From Hydrolagus colliei (taxonomy: Eukaryota), in NCBI GenBank assembly GCA_035084275.1, contig CM068757.1, positions 2,728,001 to 2,792,000 on the forward strand: a stretch of DNA of 64,000 nucleotides, in the 5' to 3' direction. The notes under the pieces were generated by a model. That model did not search any database. It worked only from the letters and a program-made list of their open reading frames with translations, and was not told where the DNA came from. The position numbers were made by a program, and so were the translations under genes. Below, piece by piece: positions 1-13,692 of this stretch (positions are counted from its first letter, which is position 1; every line of letters starts with the position of its first letter).

Positions 1-760
1 ATTCCTAGCAACTTGAAGCCATTGGGTTGCTATTTATAGCTTTTAGATAGGTTTGATCTGCTTCATATTAAGGATACTTCATATTCCTTGCTACTTTTGT
101 GAAGCGACATTACAATGCTGTCAACACAGATCCTTTCTCTAAAGGTGTGAAATAGAAGCCGACAATGGCACACGTTTATTTGTAGCAGCCCTGGATCACT
201 TGTCAAGAGATTTGGTGCCAAGATTTCACTTATGGGATATAGGTTTGAACCCGGCCAACATTGATAGAATGAAGCTTTGGCTCTCTTAACACTGAGGGTT
301 TCTAAGTGAAATGAGTTTGGAAAATGTCAGCCCAGTTAGAAGTGGGAATTGGACTGCCCATAGAAGTGCTAATTGGTGCTATATTTAGCAATCTGACTCA
401 AGCAGCCAGCCCATGAAGACGTTGAGTTTGTAAAGTGAAGTGATGTACTTGTACTCCAGGGAGTAATTTGCTTAGTCTTGGGGAATAATGCTCAGTGAGT
501 AGTTTTAAAAAAAATATTATTATTATTATAATTCAGGCAGTATCTAATCTAATCCATATCTAACCTGAGTGTTCTTAATGTTGACATTGAATAGGAAAAG
601 TGGAAACATTTGCTTTGCTTTCATTCATGCGACTAACCTTAATACAGTATTTGATAACTAAGAATTGGTATTTTTGTTTAACATAAATAGTTATGGTATT
701 CCTAAACTGTATTTTTGTTATAGTATTATGGTAATTATGGTATTTTTGTTGTGGTATTAT

Positions 761-1007
761 GGAAACCTTGAGCAAGTTTACTTACTCCACACGCCTAATA
801 ATAATCCCTCTTTAAAAAAAACACAATAATAAAAATTGGTCATTTAAATCCATGAATGTTTGTAGGACACTGCTGTGTGCAATTGGCTGCCTCATTTTGC
901 CCAAGCATACTGTCAATTCACTTTACAGTATATTCTGTGAAGCGCTTTGAGACGTCTAGAAGACATGAAAAGCGCTATATCAAATGCAAGGATTATTATT
1001 ATTATAA
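761..1007 (+). mobile_element. tRNA-derived SINE (young family A), 5'-truncated
   Basis: Shares the body and the ...AAAAGCGCTATATCAAATGCAAGG(ATT)n tail with the full-length copies at 25744, 35953 and 45003. Confidence 0.9.
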
Positions 1008-2649
1008 TTATGGTATTCCTACACTCGTTCTATTCCTTACTTAAGCAATGGCATTAAAATGTTTTTTTTGTGTGAACTCACCCACTTCTAAATAAGTCCT
1101 GTCTGAGTGCCAGAGTTTTTTTAAAAAATGTTTAACCTCAATTCATTTGAGCACCTACGTGTCTTTTCCTGAGTTTATTCAGGGAAAACCAACCTATCTC
1201 ACTCTATGTTGGAGCAGCATTACTTGAATAAACCAAGCAAGACTTGTATTTTTAAGTGGAATGAAGTACATGTTTTAATTTGGTTTAATTTGCATAATAA
1301 TTGGGGAATGTTGTTTACATTGGAGCGTTCTAAAGAAGCCAATGCTAACACGAGCATGTTGCATATGCATGGGTTGATAGAATCTGGATTCTTCTGAAAC
1401 GGTTCAAGCCAAGTGATTATTTCTCCCTTTCTAAATAAGACTTGAAACGATTTTGACAGCTTTGTTTTTTTTTAAAAAAAGTTGCCTTGAGGCAACTTGT
1501 GTTTATTTGACGGTCTGTAATAGGAAAGGCAGCGAAGGGGTTAAGGTGGAAAATACTCAGACACATCCGCAGCATCTGTTTCAATAATAAGACTGTGTGC
1601 TGAATGTTGAGCAGGTGAATGTATGCCTAATTGGCCTAACGTTATGGTTTCAGGATGTAATGGAACATTACAGTTTGTACTAATTTTCGATTGACAATTG
1701 TTTTCTGATGAATTCAGACCTTCTTTTATATGTGAAATGTGAAGAGGTTACTTAGCAGGCATCTTGCCTTTCCAATTAGTATTGTGCGTTGATTTTATTG
1801 AGAAATTTGATAATGAAAGGAATTGACAGATATCTTAATTCCCAGAGACCAGAAACCAGAATAACCTCAGAATTATCCCTTTCCAATGTACTTTTGTCAT
1901 ACTATTGAGACAGTGCATTGTTAACTAGATAGATTATGTAAAATCTAAGAATTCATCCTTTATACTGTATATAGTTTTTGTTTAATGTAAAATTACAATC
2001 CCTTTTAAATTATGGTCAGAAAACAAATCTTGTAAACTTATTTTCTGGTACATTGAAAACATATTTTTATTATGATATCCTGTCGTTGGAGATTTCTGGC
2101 TTTGTTTAGTAGTATTTATACATCTGAAAAGCCATAACTTGTTGCCTTATATAAACTCAAAGGTATTGAGATGAAATAATTTGAGGGGAAAGTCAGATGT
2201 AAAGAAAGGGATACACAATACTTCCCCCACGAAATATGGCTGTAATCTTCACTCAGCACAGAGTGATGGAACAGTGTTTCATGGAACATTTGACAATGGA
2301 AATCTGCCTAATTAGTGAGATGGAATTTATTAACAGGAACGGTCACATTATGAGATGATTAGTACGTGTGCAGTGTGAACCTGTTTGCTGTCATAATGAG
2401 ATACACAGCAGATTTTTCCGTTTGGGAATCCATTTTAGGATTTGGCACCATCTCAAAACCACAACAGTTCTGATGTGCTTAAGTCACCTGCTCCTCAGTA
2501 TTTTGCTGCTCACCGTTCTATTATAAAGTTGGACAGTAGAGACGGATGCTATTGCTTAAATTCACGAGGGAGACATTTTGCAGACAAAGTAATTTGTGTG
2601 GTATGAGAGATAAGAATGTTTGTATTTTTCAAAACTTTGGGACCAGCTT

Positions 2650-2775
2650 AATAAGAATCCTTACATTTGGTACATCATTTCATGTCAGCAGGATGTCTAA
2701 AAGTGCTTCACAAGATATGTTATGAAGTGGAGTGACTGTGGTTTTACGGTGAATGTAACAGTGACCCATTGCAAT
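2650..2775 (-). mobile_element. Old SINE 3' tail fragment
   Basis: Degenerate reverse match to the shared SINE tail (aatccttacatttg...gatgtctaaaagtgcttcac). Confidence 0.55.
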
Positions 2776-3364
2776 TTGAAGAGTTTATGAGGCTTGGAAA
2801 TAATGGGGGTATATTTTGTACTTAATATTATTTGTTTCAAAACTGAATAGACAAAGACAAATTTTCACAAAATGCAAGGCAAATGGATTTGTTCCAGAAT
2901 AAATTTTCTATGCATTGATCACCAGTTTTTATGAGCCAATTTGTCAGCAGTGCAGTTTTACAAGCAATATCACGAAAGTTGAAGGATCTTCAGTGGAAGT
3001 GTGTTTCTTTTAATTTCATGCTTTTTAATTGAAGGGATGGAAAATCCGTGGCAACTGGAACTATCTCAAGTTTTTTTTCTTAAAGTTTGAGGGTTTGTTT
3101 CAAACTAGTTGGAGGTAAAATAAACTCCCCCAAATAAACTGCTTATACACACAGATAACCATTACATTAAAATTTGGAAGAACATCCTTTAATACTGTGC
3201 ACTGGGAGTTTAACCCCAGGGACTAAATTTGTGGAAATTGGCGACCGTGATGAAATATATTAGTTCCACACACCTTCCAATTGATTTTGTTGCTTTTTGA
3301 CTGCTGTTAATGTAATCTGTAAAGCTGTCCCTCACATTTGAGCAGAATTGTCTTTCTTCTCCAG

Positions 3365-3487
3365 AGGATGACGAATGTGGGAATGGACAGCACAACTGCG
3401 ACGAGAATGCAATCTGCACAAACACTGTTAGAGGACATCGTTGTACCTGCAAGCCTGGTTATGTGGGGAATGGAACCATCTGTCGAG
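3365..3487 (+). CDS. nell1: NELL1 internal coding exon (123 nt, phase 1-1), Ca-binding-type EGF repeat (EGF3)
   Basis: Acceptor tctttcttctccag|AG, donor CGAG|gtaggg. Translates (E)DDECGNGQHNCDENAICTNTVRGHRCTCKPGYVGNGTICR, closely matching recalled human NELL1 EHDECGSGQHNCDENAICTNTVQGHSCTCKPGYVGNGTICR. Absent from the ORF track. Confidence 0.95.
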
Positions 3488-4444
3488 GTAGGGAGTGCAG
3501 CTGGTTGGGACTAAAGTGCTATTTTTATTCCGCGCTCTTTTAGAAGCGTTGACAAGTGTGTGCAACAACTCAGATTAGACTTGGTCTCCAGTCTAATCAC
3601 TAGCCTTTAGAGTTCAGTCTGGAAAGTGACAGAATGTCATTGTTGCAATCCTGTTCTTTTCCATAACTACTCCAACCCTTCCCTTATTTGCTTGTTCCCC
3701 CCTCACCCCCTACCCCCCTCTACTGTTTCAAGGCTCATCTCTAACTTGTACTTTCGATCCCCGCCCTCCGGCTTGGGTGCCCAGCCAACAGGATTGAGAT
3801 ACTATTCCTTTTTATACATAGGATGGTAATATTCTGGTCACGCGCACCAACTCTGGAAGGTGTTTTGGGACCATCTAAAACTGAATAATATCAGAATGAA
3901 AATTCCTGTTGCTACCTGAGGTTTGGCAGTGTCCATTGTTCTGTTGTGTTGTGTCTCGGGGGCTCTCCACCAGAAACTGTTCTCCAGCCAGTTCTGTATA
4001 TAAATAGCAGTGTGAAGGCAGATGTTACTGCTTTTCACACACACGCTTTGCTGTTGGTTACAATCACACCCTAATGAGCAGATTTTGCCATCTCACTTCA
4101 ATTATCAAGATGTGCTGTTGCATGTTCTTCAGAGAAAACCTTCCCATCATTTACAAAATGTTGTTTAACGTACCTTGTATTATACTTAAACTCTGGTGTC
4201 AGTATCTGCATAGCACTTTGCTGAATACAAGTGGTGCTTTTGGAAGTTTGACTAAAATGGCAAAGTGCCTCATTCATCTTAAATGCTAAGTGCTACAGTT
4301 TAATGTTCTAGAAATCAATATCCCCCCAACCTCGAAACAAAAATGCCTCAGCAATACCCCCAAAAAATTCTGCTTGTTTCAGTTACATACTGACAATTAT
4401 ATTTGTCTGCAGACTGTCATGGTGTAGCGCCCATAGTTATGTCC

Positions 4445-4503
4445 AGCGCCTTGGGATGTCCTCCCGACGTGAAAGGCGCTCTATAAATGTAATTTTTTTT
4501 TTT
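4445..4503 (+). mobile_element. L2-type LINE 3' tail fragment
   Basis: agcgccttgggatgtcctcccgacgtgaaaggcgctctataaatgtaatttt, the same tail seen at 22719 and 62357 and reversed at 23964 and 58655. Confidence 0.75.
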
Positions 4504-4559
4504 TGTATTTTGTTGTATCTTCTCTGTGTGAAAATTACACACACCTTCCAGGTGCACGC

Positions 4560-5400
4560 TGAAATAAGCAAACCTTCTCCTCTCAAATTACTATTCGCGT
4601 ACTTACCCAGTCAGAGCGGTCTCACAAAATACACCCAAAACGTGTCTTTTAATAAAAATATTCCTTATTTATTCAAATCCATATGCTTCACACATATGTT
4701 CTCACAGTTGGAGCATTCTACACAATTCTTATCTAATACGTTGATAATACTATATTAATATAACTTTAACAAAGCATAATATCTTATACCTTATAAGATA
4801 TCTAACCACTGAGCCTCAACACTTGATCACCAAAGGTAAACAAATTGAGTAACCTTACCCCAAATTCATTTCTCTTATAAGTTCCTGAAATTGAGAGTTT
4901 TTGTAATTAATGATATTGCAGTCAAATGTTAGTTAAAACTACAAAACTTAACAACCGTCATATAATTTCATTCCCCCTCTTTTGTACATCAAATGTACAT
5001 TTGTGATTTTTTTTTTACCCAATCTGTCCTCGGTACATTGACCAACTCAACTCCTAATTGACTTGATATTTCCTCCTTCAATAAATCCTTCGTACTTTGA
5101 GAGTTCGAAAATATATACAGTACTTGTTATCTGAACTATCATTCAGACTAAAAGACTCCAGACAAGACCATAAAACTCACAAAATCGAACAAAAAAAGCC
5201 GTAAACCAAAAGCACTTAACCAATATTTTTACACATTAACCGAGATAAACAGATTGATAACTCCATCTAACAAATTCAACAGACTATTTGGCTCTGAACA
5301 CTGTGACTCCTCTCCATGAACTCTATTTTGATTAATGCTTAACCACCTCACAAGACAATAGTCAATGCTAAATGAACTTCGCTAAATCAACTGTGTTGTT
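4560..5400 (-). mobile_element. Candidate LTR retroelement/ERV remnant: 3' LTR (4970-4560), PPT and upstream internal sequence
   Basis: The minus strand reads AAAAGAGGGGGAA|TGAAATTATA at 4983-4961, has AATAAA at about 4673-4668 and ends TTATTTCA at 4560 (TGAAAT inverted termini, 411 bp). The 5400 boundary is approximate. Confidence 0.5.
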
Positions 5401-7914
5401 ACAACTTATGTAGCATTAACCTCTGCCTTGGTAGAAACACCTGAACGAAATGCCAGCACAGTCCCGTTTGTCTTTTGATCACACGTTGTCATCATCAGTA
5501 GTTATTGCTTAAGTGCTGCATTTCTTTCATTGGAAGGGTTTTAATTCAAAGAAGATGACCCATTGGAAATAATTGGTCACTACGGACTGAACCATACGAG
5601 GAGAAGGCAGATAAAATATGGGAATTAAAACCTATGCCTGAGTAGCAAAGGAAGTTTATTAATAATGGTACAATCTTTGTGTTGCATTGCAATGCAGACT
5701 GCTGTCTGATAACTTATTGTTTCATTGGTGGATTTTATTTGAAACCTTCACTCTTTCGCTTCTTTATCAATCGCATTAATTTTTCCAACATGTGGAATTA
5801 GTAGAGTTTCTGGCTCTGAGCCATGGTGAAAACCAAAACCCAATAAGTCAAGAGGGAATTTAATTTGCATTTTATATACCGTATTTACTTTTTTTTTAAA
5901 AAGAAAGCTTTTACCAATGGTAATGTGCCGAGATTGAAGGTTTTACAAGAAATAGTTGAATTGCAGTTAATGAAACAGGAAACTAAACACTTAAATCGGC
6001 TAAGTAAATATTGTGACAAGAGCCAAAGAGGGCTCACATTGCTAATCCCTCCACAAGTGGATGTGTTTGACACTGATAAGCCTTACAGTGTCTAACTGAG
6101 TTGAACTACATTGACCCTTTTCCACCAATATATCAATACAAAGATCCAAGCTGTTAAAAATGTAGTTTTTTTTGTCAGAATGCTTCAATTAAAAAAAAAA
6201 ATTATTGGAAGTATATAACTCTTCAAATCAAAGTATATTATTTCACAGTAAAATTATTTCTCCTTATTTCTGAACTGAATGCCACCATACCTTTGGTATA
6301 AACTGTGTGCGTGCCAACAAAGCACGCACACAACACAACAGAGATATGTTCTTTGCACTAACTTTCAAAGTCAATTTTGAGAAAAAATATACATTATTCA
6401 GATCTACCTTCTTTCCCTCTACCAAACACATTCTTCCTCTCCGACAATGTAGATAGAATTCATTAAGTCTCATTGAGTATTTTGACATCTTTATCTATTC
6501 CTATTCTTGTTCGTCTAATACTTTTCACAACCAGTTAATTTTTCAAGAAGTTAATTAATGCAGCATCAGTTACTTTTTACTTGGGAGTCTGTTCCAAATA
6601 GCCACCATATTATCGGATTTTTTTATATCGCTAGTCCCATTGTGAGAATTTTAAATTAAATTTTAAGTCAAATAGCCAACGTATATCACCATAAGTCAGT
6701 TTGCTTCTCATTATTTAAAGATCCGGATTACATTCTCCCCTCCATCAACCACCCACCCCCACCCCCATCCCATCATTAACCCACTATGAAATAATTCTTT
6801 GTGAGCTTATCCAAATAATTTGGAGATTTAATGCCTTGACTTATCGTTGTTTTTTAAAATTCACAAGCACCACAACAAATTTCAAGTGCTCACTCCTGAT
6901 CTGAGGAGGTTTGGAAAAGTCAAATCCCCTGAAGACACAACGTATCTGAGCAGTTTTTTTTCATGGCAGCTTTGTATTGACTGGGATCCTTCCAATAAAA
7001 AGATCAATATTCAACGCCTAAGGTTCACACTAGAATGATAAAATTATAATGGGTAACTAAACACATTGCAGGTGATGATGTGTGAATGGAAATGCCACTT
7101 TTATGGTTTGTGATGCTGCCTAAATCCCTCAAGTGTGAACCTCACCTTTTCTTGTGATTTTTATGTGTCTTAGTTGATGGTTTCCCATCCCATCCCCACC
7201 CACCACATCCCCCGCCCCACCCCCACGTGCATATTTTAATTATTTGTGTCATTGTCATTTTGAGTATGTGTGTGCATCTTTCTCTCACATACACAATTAC
7301 ACCCAACAAAACTCTTTAATAGCCATGAAACATTGAGTTAGAGATATTCTGAATTTGTTGCTATTGCAACAGGTTTGATCCATCAAGTTATAATTACCTT
7401 GGCAATCTCACAGGTCTCATTTCAGATTGCCATTAGACTAGCTTATTAACTTAACATTTTCTTCACTTATCACAATTTCACAGAGTTACCATGTTAAATT
7501 TGTCAACATCTTCATTTCTGATATTTCATATTGAGTGTCTGTTGGGTCCAGTGGAATGGTTTAAAGCTAATAGTAATATGGAGTCTGAGGGTATGTGATC
7601 TTATGTGGCCAAAAATAGAACAGTAAAAAATATGTTTTACTGAGAAGGATTACCAGACATTGAACTGGACACTATATTCTCTGCTTCCATACAGAAACTA
7701 TTTTGTTCAACTTTGTATGACAGAACAATAGTAATAATAATATCTGTATTTGATATAGTGCCTTTTTCTTCAGGAGGCAGTTTCGAAGTGCTTCATTTAC
7801 AGGGTGTACTGTAAAGTGTGGTGATCGTGTATTTAGCAGACAAATGCAGTAATTTACACACGGCAACTTATTCACTGGATTCGTAAGGCACAGGAAACAA
7901 ATCCTTTCTGATTT

Positions 7915-8232
7915 TAAATAATAAAAATTTATCATTTCAATCCACGATTTTCAAAATCCTGCTGCGTTTCTCCCACATATGTCTATTCACTTTACAGTAT
8001 ATTCGGTGAAGCACTTTGTGATGTCTAGAAGACGTGATAAGGCTCTATATCAAATAATAATAATCCTTGCATTTGATATAGCACTTTTCACATCTTCTAG
8101 GCGTCTCAAAAGCCTTCACAGAATATACTGGAAAGGGAATTGACTGTATATTTGTGGGCGAAACGTGGCAGCCAATTGCTCATAGCAGTGTCCCACAAAC
8201 AGTCATGGATCGAAATGACCAATTTATTATCA
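7915..8232. mobile_element. Tail-to-tail pair of SINE A 3' halves (+ about 7915-8054; - about 8053-8232)
   Basis: A + tail (...gacgtgataaggctctatatcaaat) is directly followed by a - tail (aataataatccttgcatttgatatagc...). Confidence 0.85.
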
Positions 8233-8235
8233 TGC

Positions 8236-8402
8236 TAAGGAATCTTTCATGTCCACCTCAAGAGCCAGATAGGATGTTGCTTTAGAGTCTTATCTGAAGG
8301 AAGACAACTCAATGATACAACAATCCTCAGCATTGAGCTAGTTTGCCACAACTTAAATAATTCCACAAAGTTTTGAATATTAGGCTTGAAACATATGTCC
8401 TT
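8236..8402 (-). mobile_element. Old Deu-domain SINE remnant
   Basis: ggaatctttcatgtccacctcaagagccagataggatg...tcttatctgaagg is the reverse of the Deu-domain motif (AmnSINE1/SacSINE1-like) also seen at 22120-22220. Confidence 0.6.
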
Positions 8403-11400
8403 CTATTTGCCAGTAGCTTTGCCTTATGTAAAGAGATGTCCTGACCCGTACCATCTGATCAGCACAAAAGGAAAGTCCACATTCAGTGTTTTGCTTTGGA
8501 AATTCTTCATCCATCCATTCATCCATCCATAATTTGGCTGAAATTATATTATTATCCAAGAGTTCAACATAATACCAATTTTATTGCATTCAGAACCAAA
8601 TGTGTACATTGTTATTTAAATAGCTTTCTAAATGCACGGAAGAGCCACAGTTGATCATTAATGTGAATTTGATTTAATTATACATTCTAATCTTTCCCTG
8701 CACACTCTGTCCATAATGCACCATTCTATAGAGTGCATAGTTGCACTTAATTGTTAGTAGCCCAATTAGAACAGCTTATTTGCTGAAAAGCAATTGAATT
8801 CGTATTCACGGGTACAGAGACCGGCAGATGGTTCCCAGTACACCCATTTGTAAATATTAACTATGAGTAGGTTGTCGAGGGTTGGGAATAATCCAACACA
8901 ATGGCAAGACGATGATTTAGCACTTGCGAACGCACTGTTTCCAGACCGCCAATTTAAAGGCAAGTAAGACATTTATAATACGACGGGTCCCTTAGAATAT
9001 GTAGTGAAGTATCGAATGTTGTGTGTACACCTTTGGTGTAGAACTGTTAATTGTCTTACTTGCTGAGGAGCTCTTTGACACAATGGCACGAAGGAATACC
9101 TCGTATCAGTAATGCCTGATTGATGAGTTGCCCACGAATCATTCTCCCGCAAGGCTCGCAACTTGTCTTCACTGAAAGGTTATTCAGCTCGCCGATCACG
9201 TCAGCACGGCTGAATTGCTCTGGGTAGAGAGGAGTGCTGTACAATGCTGCCAAAGTCAGCACCACGGTGGTTGAGGCTTGGGAATCTCAACTTGATGTTT
9301 TGAAAAACAAAGGCTTGATGCAGTGATGGGAGGACAGCAAAGTGGGTCTTATGGAAGGATGAGATCAGATAGGCTGAAAGGGCCTCCTTCATCCAGACTA
9401 ATGATGCTAAAGCTCTGTCCCAGTTAATGAAACATTCTTGGATTAGCTGACCAAAGGTAAGGACCATGGTTATGGCTGGGGACGGATACTCATCTGGCGG
9501 GTCTGCTGACCTGGGGGTGGATCTTTATGTTCGGAGGTGATGGAACAGGTTAACTACGCTTTGAGTAGCTGAAACAAATGCCCGATAGAAACAAATCAAT
9601 GATGTGGAGAATGAAAACGGGATGGGTACTTTTTTTTAAAAAAGGAAAACTGATTATTGGGGTGGATGAAGCTTAGCTACTCCATACTCTCCATCATACA
9701 ATATCAAGCCTTTACAAGATTGTGACTGAAGCTGCGCCTCAAACTGTGTTTATTGTATGAATACAAAAAGATTCTGCAGGTACAACTCATTGTTCTGTGT
9801 CAGTACAAAGAGTCTTTTCAGAACATTTGTGATGAAATTTTCCACTGCGCCAGCTGAATCTTCTTATGCTGTGTAGAGATAGAGAAGCATTAAACCAGAG
9901 CTAGCCAGCAGAGCTATGCTGATTGCTTCGCATGTTAACCCACGGGGAGGCTACTGAGTTGCTCTTTGACACGACAGCACAAATTCTTAGCAACTGCTGG
10001 GGTCAGTTCAGTGAAATTGAGCTGTCCCCTATTGCACTCTGTTGTTAGGCTGGCATCTCACATATTTAATAAAACAGAATTTTGCAGACCTTGAGAAACA
10101 GCTTGACCATACAATCCGCAGAGTGGATGTGAACTCTGCCCTGCATTTTGATGGAATGGAAAAGATTGTACATTGTAAAGCAGTTCAGCATTGCCACACG
10201 TGGCTCCCTAAGTTAGCTTGCATTCTACCTGTATCGTATCAACAACCTGAACATTAACATATACATTTTTTTTAAAAACGCACTTTCCAAGAAACTTTGT
10301 TACAAAGTGAATACGAGCCTGAATTGTTCAATGAGGTTGTTAACTCGCACAATAATTTGAGGATGTTGGAATTGTGAATTCGACACACGCAAAATGTAAC
10401 GCCTTATTCATTCGACGTCCTCCTGAATGGAGAACTCACAATCTTGTAATAATAGGAGAGAAAGTTTTAACGTGCAAAGAAAAAGGAAGAATTATTGCCA
10501 AGTATAAGGGATCTATAGTGGACATGTATCCTTATTAATTTTGCATGATGGGTTAAGGGGGTCTTCTCTTTGAAAACTAAAGAGAGCCAAGCAGTTGCAC
10601 ATTGCGAATTATTGAGGAGACACCATTTAACGGATGATAGATTGTTATCCAAATCATCGGATTGTTGTTTTAAACTGCATTCGTTTCTAAAAAAAAATCT
10701 CCACCACACAAATTGAGGATTGAGAGGATCGAGTCGGTAGTTAGCACCCTTGAGAGATTTGGATTGAATCATGGCAGACACTCATTAACCATCAACAAGC
10801 CCACTTCATAGTAGTTTGCAATCTACAGCCTGAATGAACTAAAGTGCTGCTAAAATGGTTATGGTATAATGACTTTTTCTATAAATTATGTCCTTTAATT
10901 AATGGCTACTGTGCTTTCACGAGAGCATTTTCACTTACCATCTCTACCAATTAATGATGGTGAAGCGACAGGCAACTCGCTTAAAATGGTCGAGTGACTT
11001 AATAAAATGCCAGGTTACTCTCTATAATCGATATTAAAACAATTAAAATGACTCCAATGATCTTTATGGCACTGCTGCGCATATACTCTTTCCACATATC
11101 CTACTGTGGGCAAGTCTAGCTCTCTGAACTCAGCAACTGCATTTTAATTGCATCCCTGAAGGGAATCAGCTTCTATAATTATGAATCTTTTCATACAGCG
11201 AAGTTTCAGCTTGTACTTGCGTTTCTGCGTGAGGATAAACAACTTTTAATGAAGGTATCTGCATATGGTTGTTCCTGTTAACATCTAACTGGCACGAGGA
11301 AGTTTGAGTGATTCCTTCTACTAAATAGGGTAATGTATGTTGATTTCATTGTGTGCTGCCTCATTTGGTTGAGGTTGTCTTCCGTAAGTCTTTTGGGGGG

Positions 11401-13431
11401 AATTCTTTAAGCTATTCAGCTACATTACTTCCTCGATTTGCTCATGGCTATACATACCCTTTTTTTGTTCAGCATGATAGCTTTTGTGCTCATTTCTGAA
11501 CAGACTTTCCAATGCCTCGCAATAATTTTTTTGATATGCAACATTGAACGATCCTCCTGGGATCCTCATGCCATGTGTTGTTCATTTATTTACAAACACC
11601 AAGCAGCTGCAGCCGAACTGAAGCTATTTCTAACAGTGAAGAATCCTCAGCTGAGCAGATCATTCTCTCGTAGGTTTAAGATTTGGAGATATTTTATGTG
11701 AATGTGAGCAGGGATGTAGAAGCTGTAATTTTCTGAAGGTCAAAGTTTTTTTTTAATAGATATGTAATGGTTGTGATTGAATGGACTTGACTGTGATTTG
11801 ATGAGACATTTCGTCCAATCTGTTTGTTGAAAGTAATTCTTAGCCATTTCCAGCCACCACAGTCTGTGTTTCTCCTTCCTATACTTACTCTGCGGAAAAC
11901 TCAATATTAGATCTATCATCATGCTCCTCCTTCCAGGCAGTTTTCTAAGCTGGAATATCAATTGTAAACCCACCTGTAATTAGGTGATTGTTTTAAGTTT
12001 CCAATTTCCCTAATGGGTTGCCCAAGACTTTTAGAACAATTGCAGTCATCAGCTCATTCCGATGCCGGTCTTCAGAGTGCAAAAGGATAGGAATAGAAGC
12101 TCTACATTATGTGTAAATGCTGGTCCATGGTAAAACCATTAGCTTGGTCCAGACTGATAATAACATGATATTTTAACAGTGGATCATCTTCTAGCAGGAA
12201 TCATTCCTACACTTGTGAATAAAGTAAGATGCGTAGGCTTACAAATATAAGTTCTGTGTAGCTTTTTAAAAATCTTTTGCCTTGGCGATTGGCTTCATTA
12301 AGGTTCTACTACACATGTGACTTGAACCCAGGTATCTGCATTTACTGCAATGCAACAGCCAGGAATGATATGTCTGCCTGATTTTTCCTCTCATTCATTG
12401 CCTGTGGCGATGATTTTCCCTCGATGGACCATTTGCGAATCGTAGTTATAAAACCATGCCTTCGTGCTTCATAGTGCAGTGCATTAGTACACCAATCTGG
12501 TGTTTCGCATTACTTGCCAACATTTGCAATGTACCACAATGATTGCATGTATATATGTATATATATATACACATACTATTTACAGCAGACAATTTACTGT
12601 TGCACAATTTGTTCAGTGCTTTCAAAGCCTTACTGCATATTTTACTGTTGTTCTAATAACTTCAGTATGAGGTTATTTGCTGAATAGCAATGCAGAGTGC
12701 ATATATGCAGTGAAGTAATTATTTCATCCTGTTTGGATTTGAGAGAACCTTTTGAAGAAATTGAGGTTGCTGCGTCTCTTAATAGGAATCTCGCTCTATT
12801 TCAAAATTCAAATCTGAGAAATGCAGATTGTCACTTACCTAAGATTTGAAAGCCTGAGGCATAATTTGCAGAATGGAAGCATGTAAAGCTTGGCTCCCAA
12901 ATCAGTGATTCTATACTTCCTAACCATTGACATCCCCAGCCACTGTAATGAATTCACATAGAGAATTCCTGTTGCACATCAAGTTCATTTTTATCAATGA
13001 AGAATCCGAGTTCAATCCTGATACTTTGCCCAGGCATCCGTATTCCCCAAATGCTCTTTCCACCATAGAGACATTCATCATGCATACATGAAAGCTTCCT
13101 GTTTAAAGGGGCACTGTACATTTTTTTAAAAAAAATTAGATCTTAGTAGTTGGCTACCAAAAATGAATCTTCTACCAGCTGTGGTGAACCATGACCTTCT
13201 AGTGAGACCAGGTATATATTGCCCCTTGCTACAAAAAGCACTGCTTCCTAACCTTACAGCAATTTAATGCTGTGATTACATGCCATTTCAAATCACTTCC
13301 CTCCCTTCCCAGCGGTATAGCAATGCAAAGTGGAAAACATGGATTATCCATTGCTGCGAATGAGGTCTGAATAAAAGCGAAAGTCCACATTCGAGGATTT
13401 CAGCAGATGCGACTCTCCCATGTCAATATTA

Positions 13432-13692
13432 AGTAATCCTTGCATTCTGATAATGTGGCATTGGGAGGTTGTCTCAAAGTGCTTCATATGATTTTATTGT
13501 AAAGTGTAGTGAGTGTGTATTTTATGGGCTAACCCTGCAGCCAATCTGCACGCAGTAATATCCCATAAACGGCCATGAATTGAACATTTCATCTGTGGAT
13601 GGTTGATTAGGACACCAGGGAGAAACTCCTGTTTTAATGTCTACCCGAGAGGGTAAACAGCAACTTGGTTTCATATGTCATTTGAAGGACAT
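13432..13692 (-). mobile_element. Old Deu-domain SINE remnant
   Basis: Reversed SINE tail followed by ggacaccagggagaaactcctg...ttggtttcatatgtcatttgaaggac (Deu domain). Confidence 0.65.

Noticed and set aside
856-1044. Family of similar short ORFs (e.g. [16 protein letters not shown]) recurring across the window
   Set aside because: These are chance translations of the SINE tail, not a protein family.
3740-3815. Possible GIY-YIG C-terminal remnant (LGAQPTGL)
   Set aside because: The similarity is too short and weak to support without a search.
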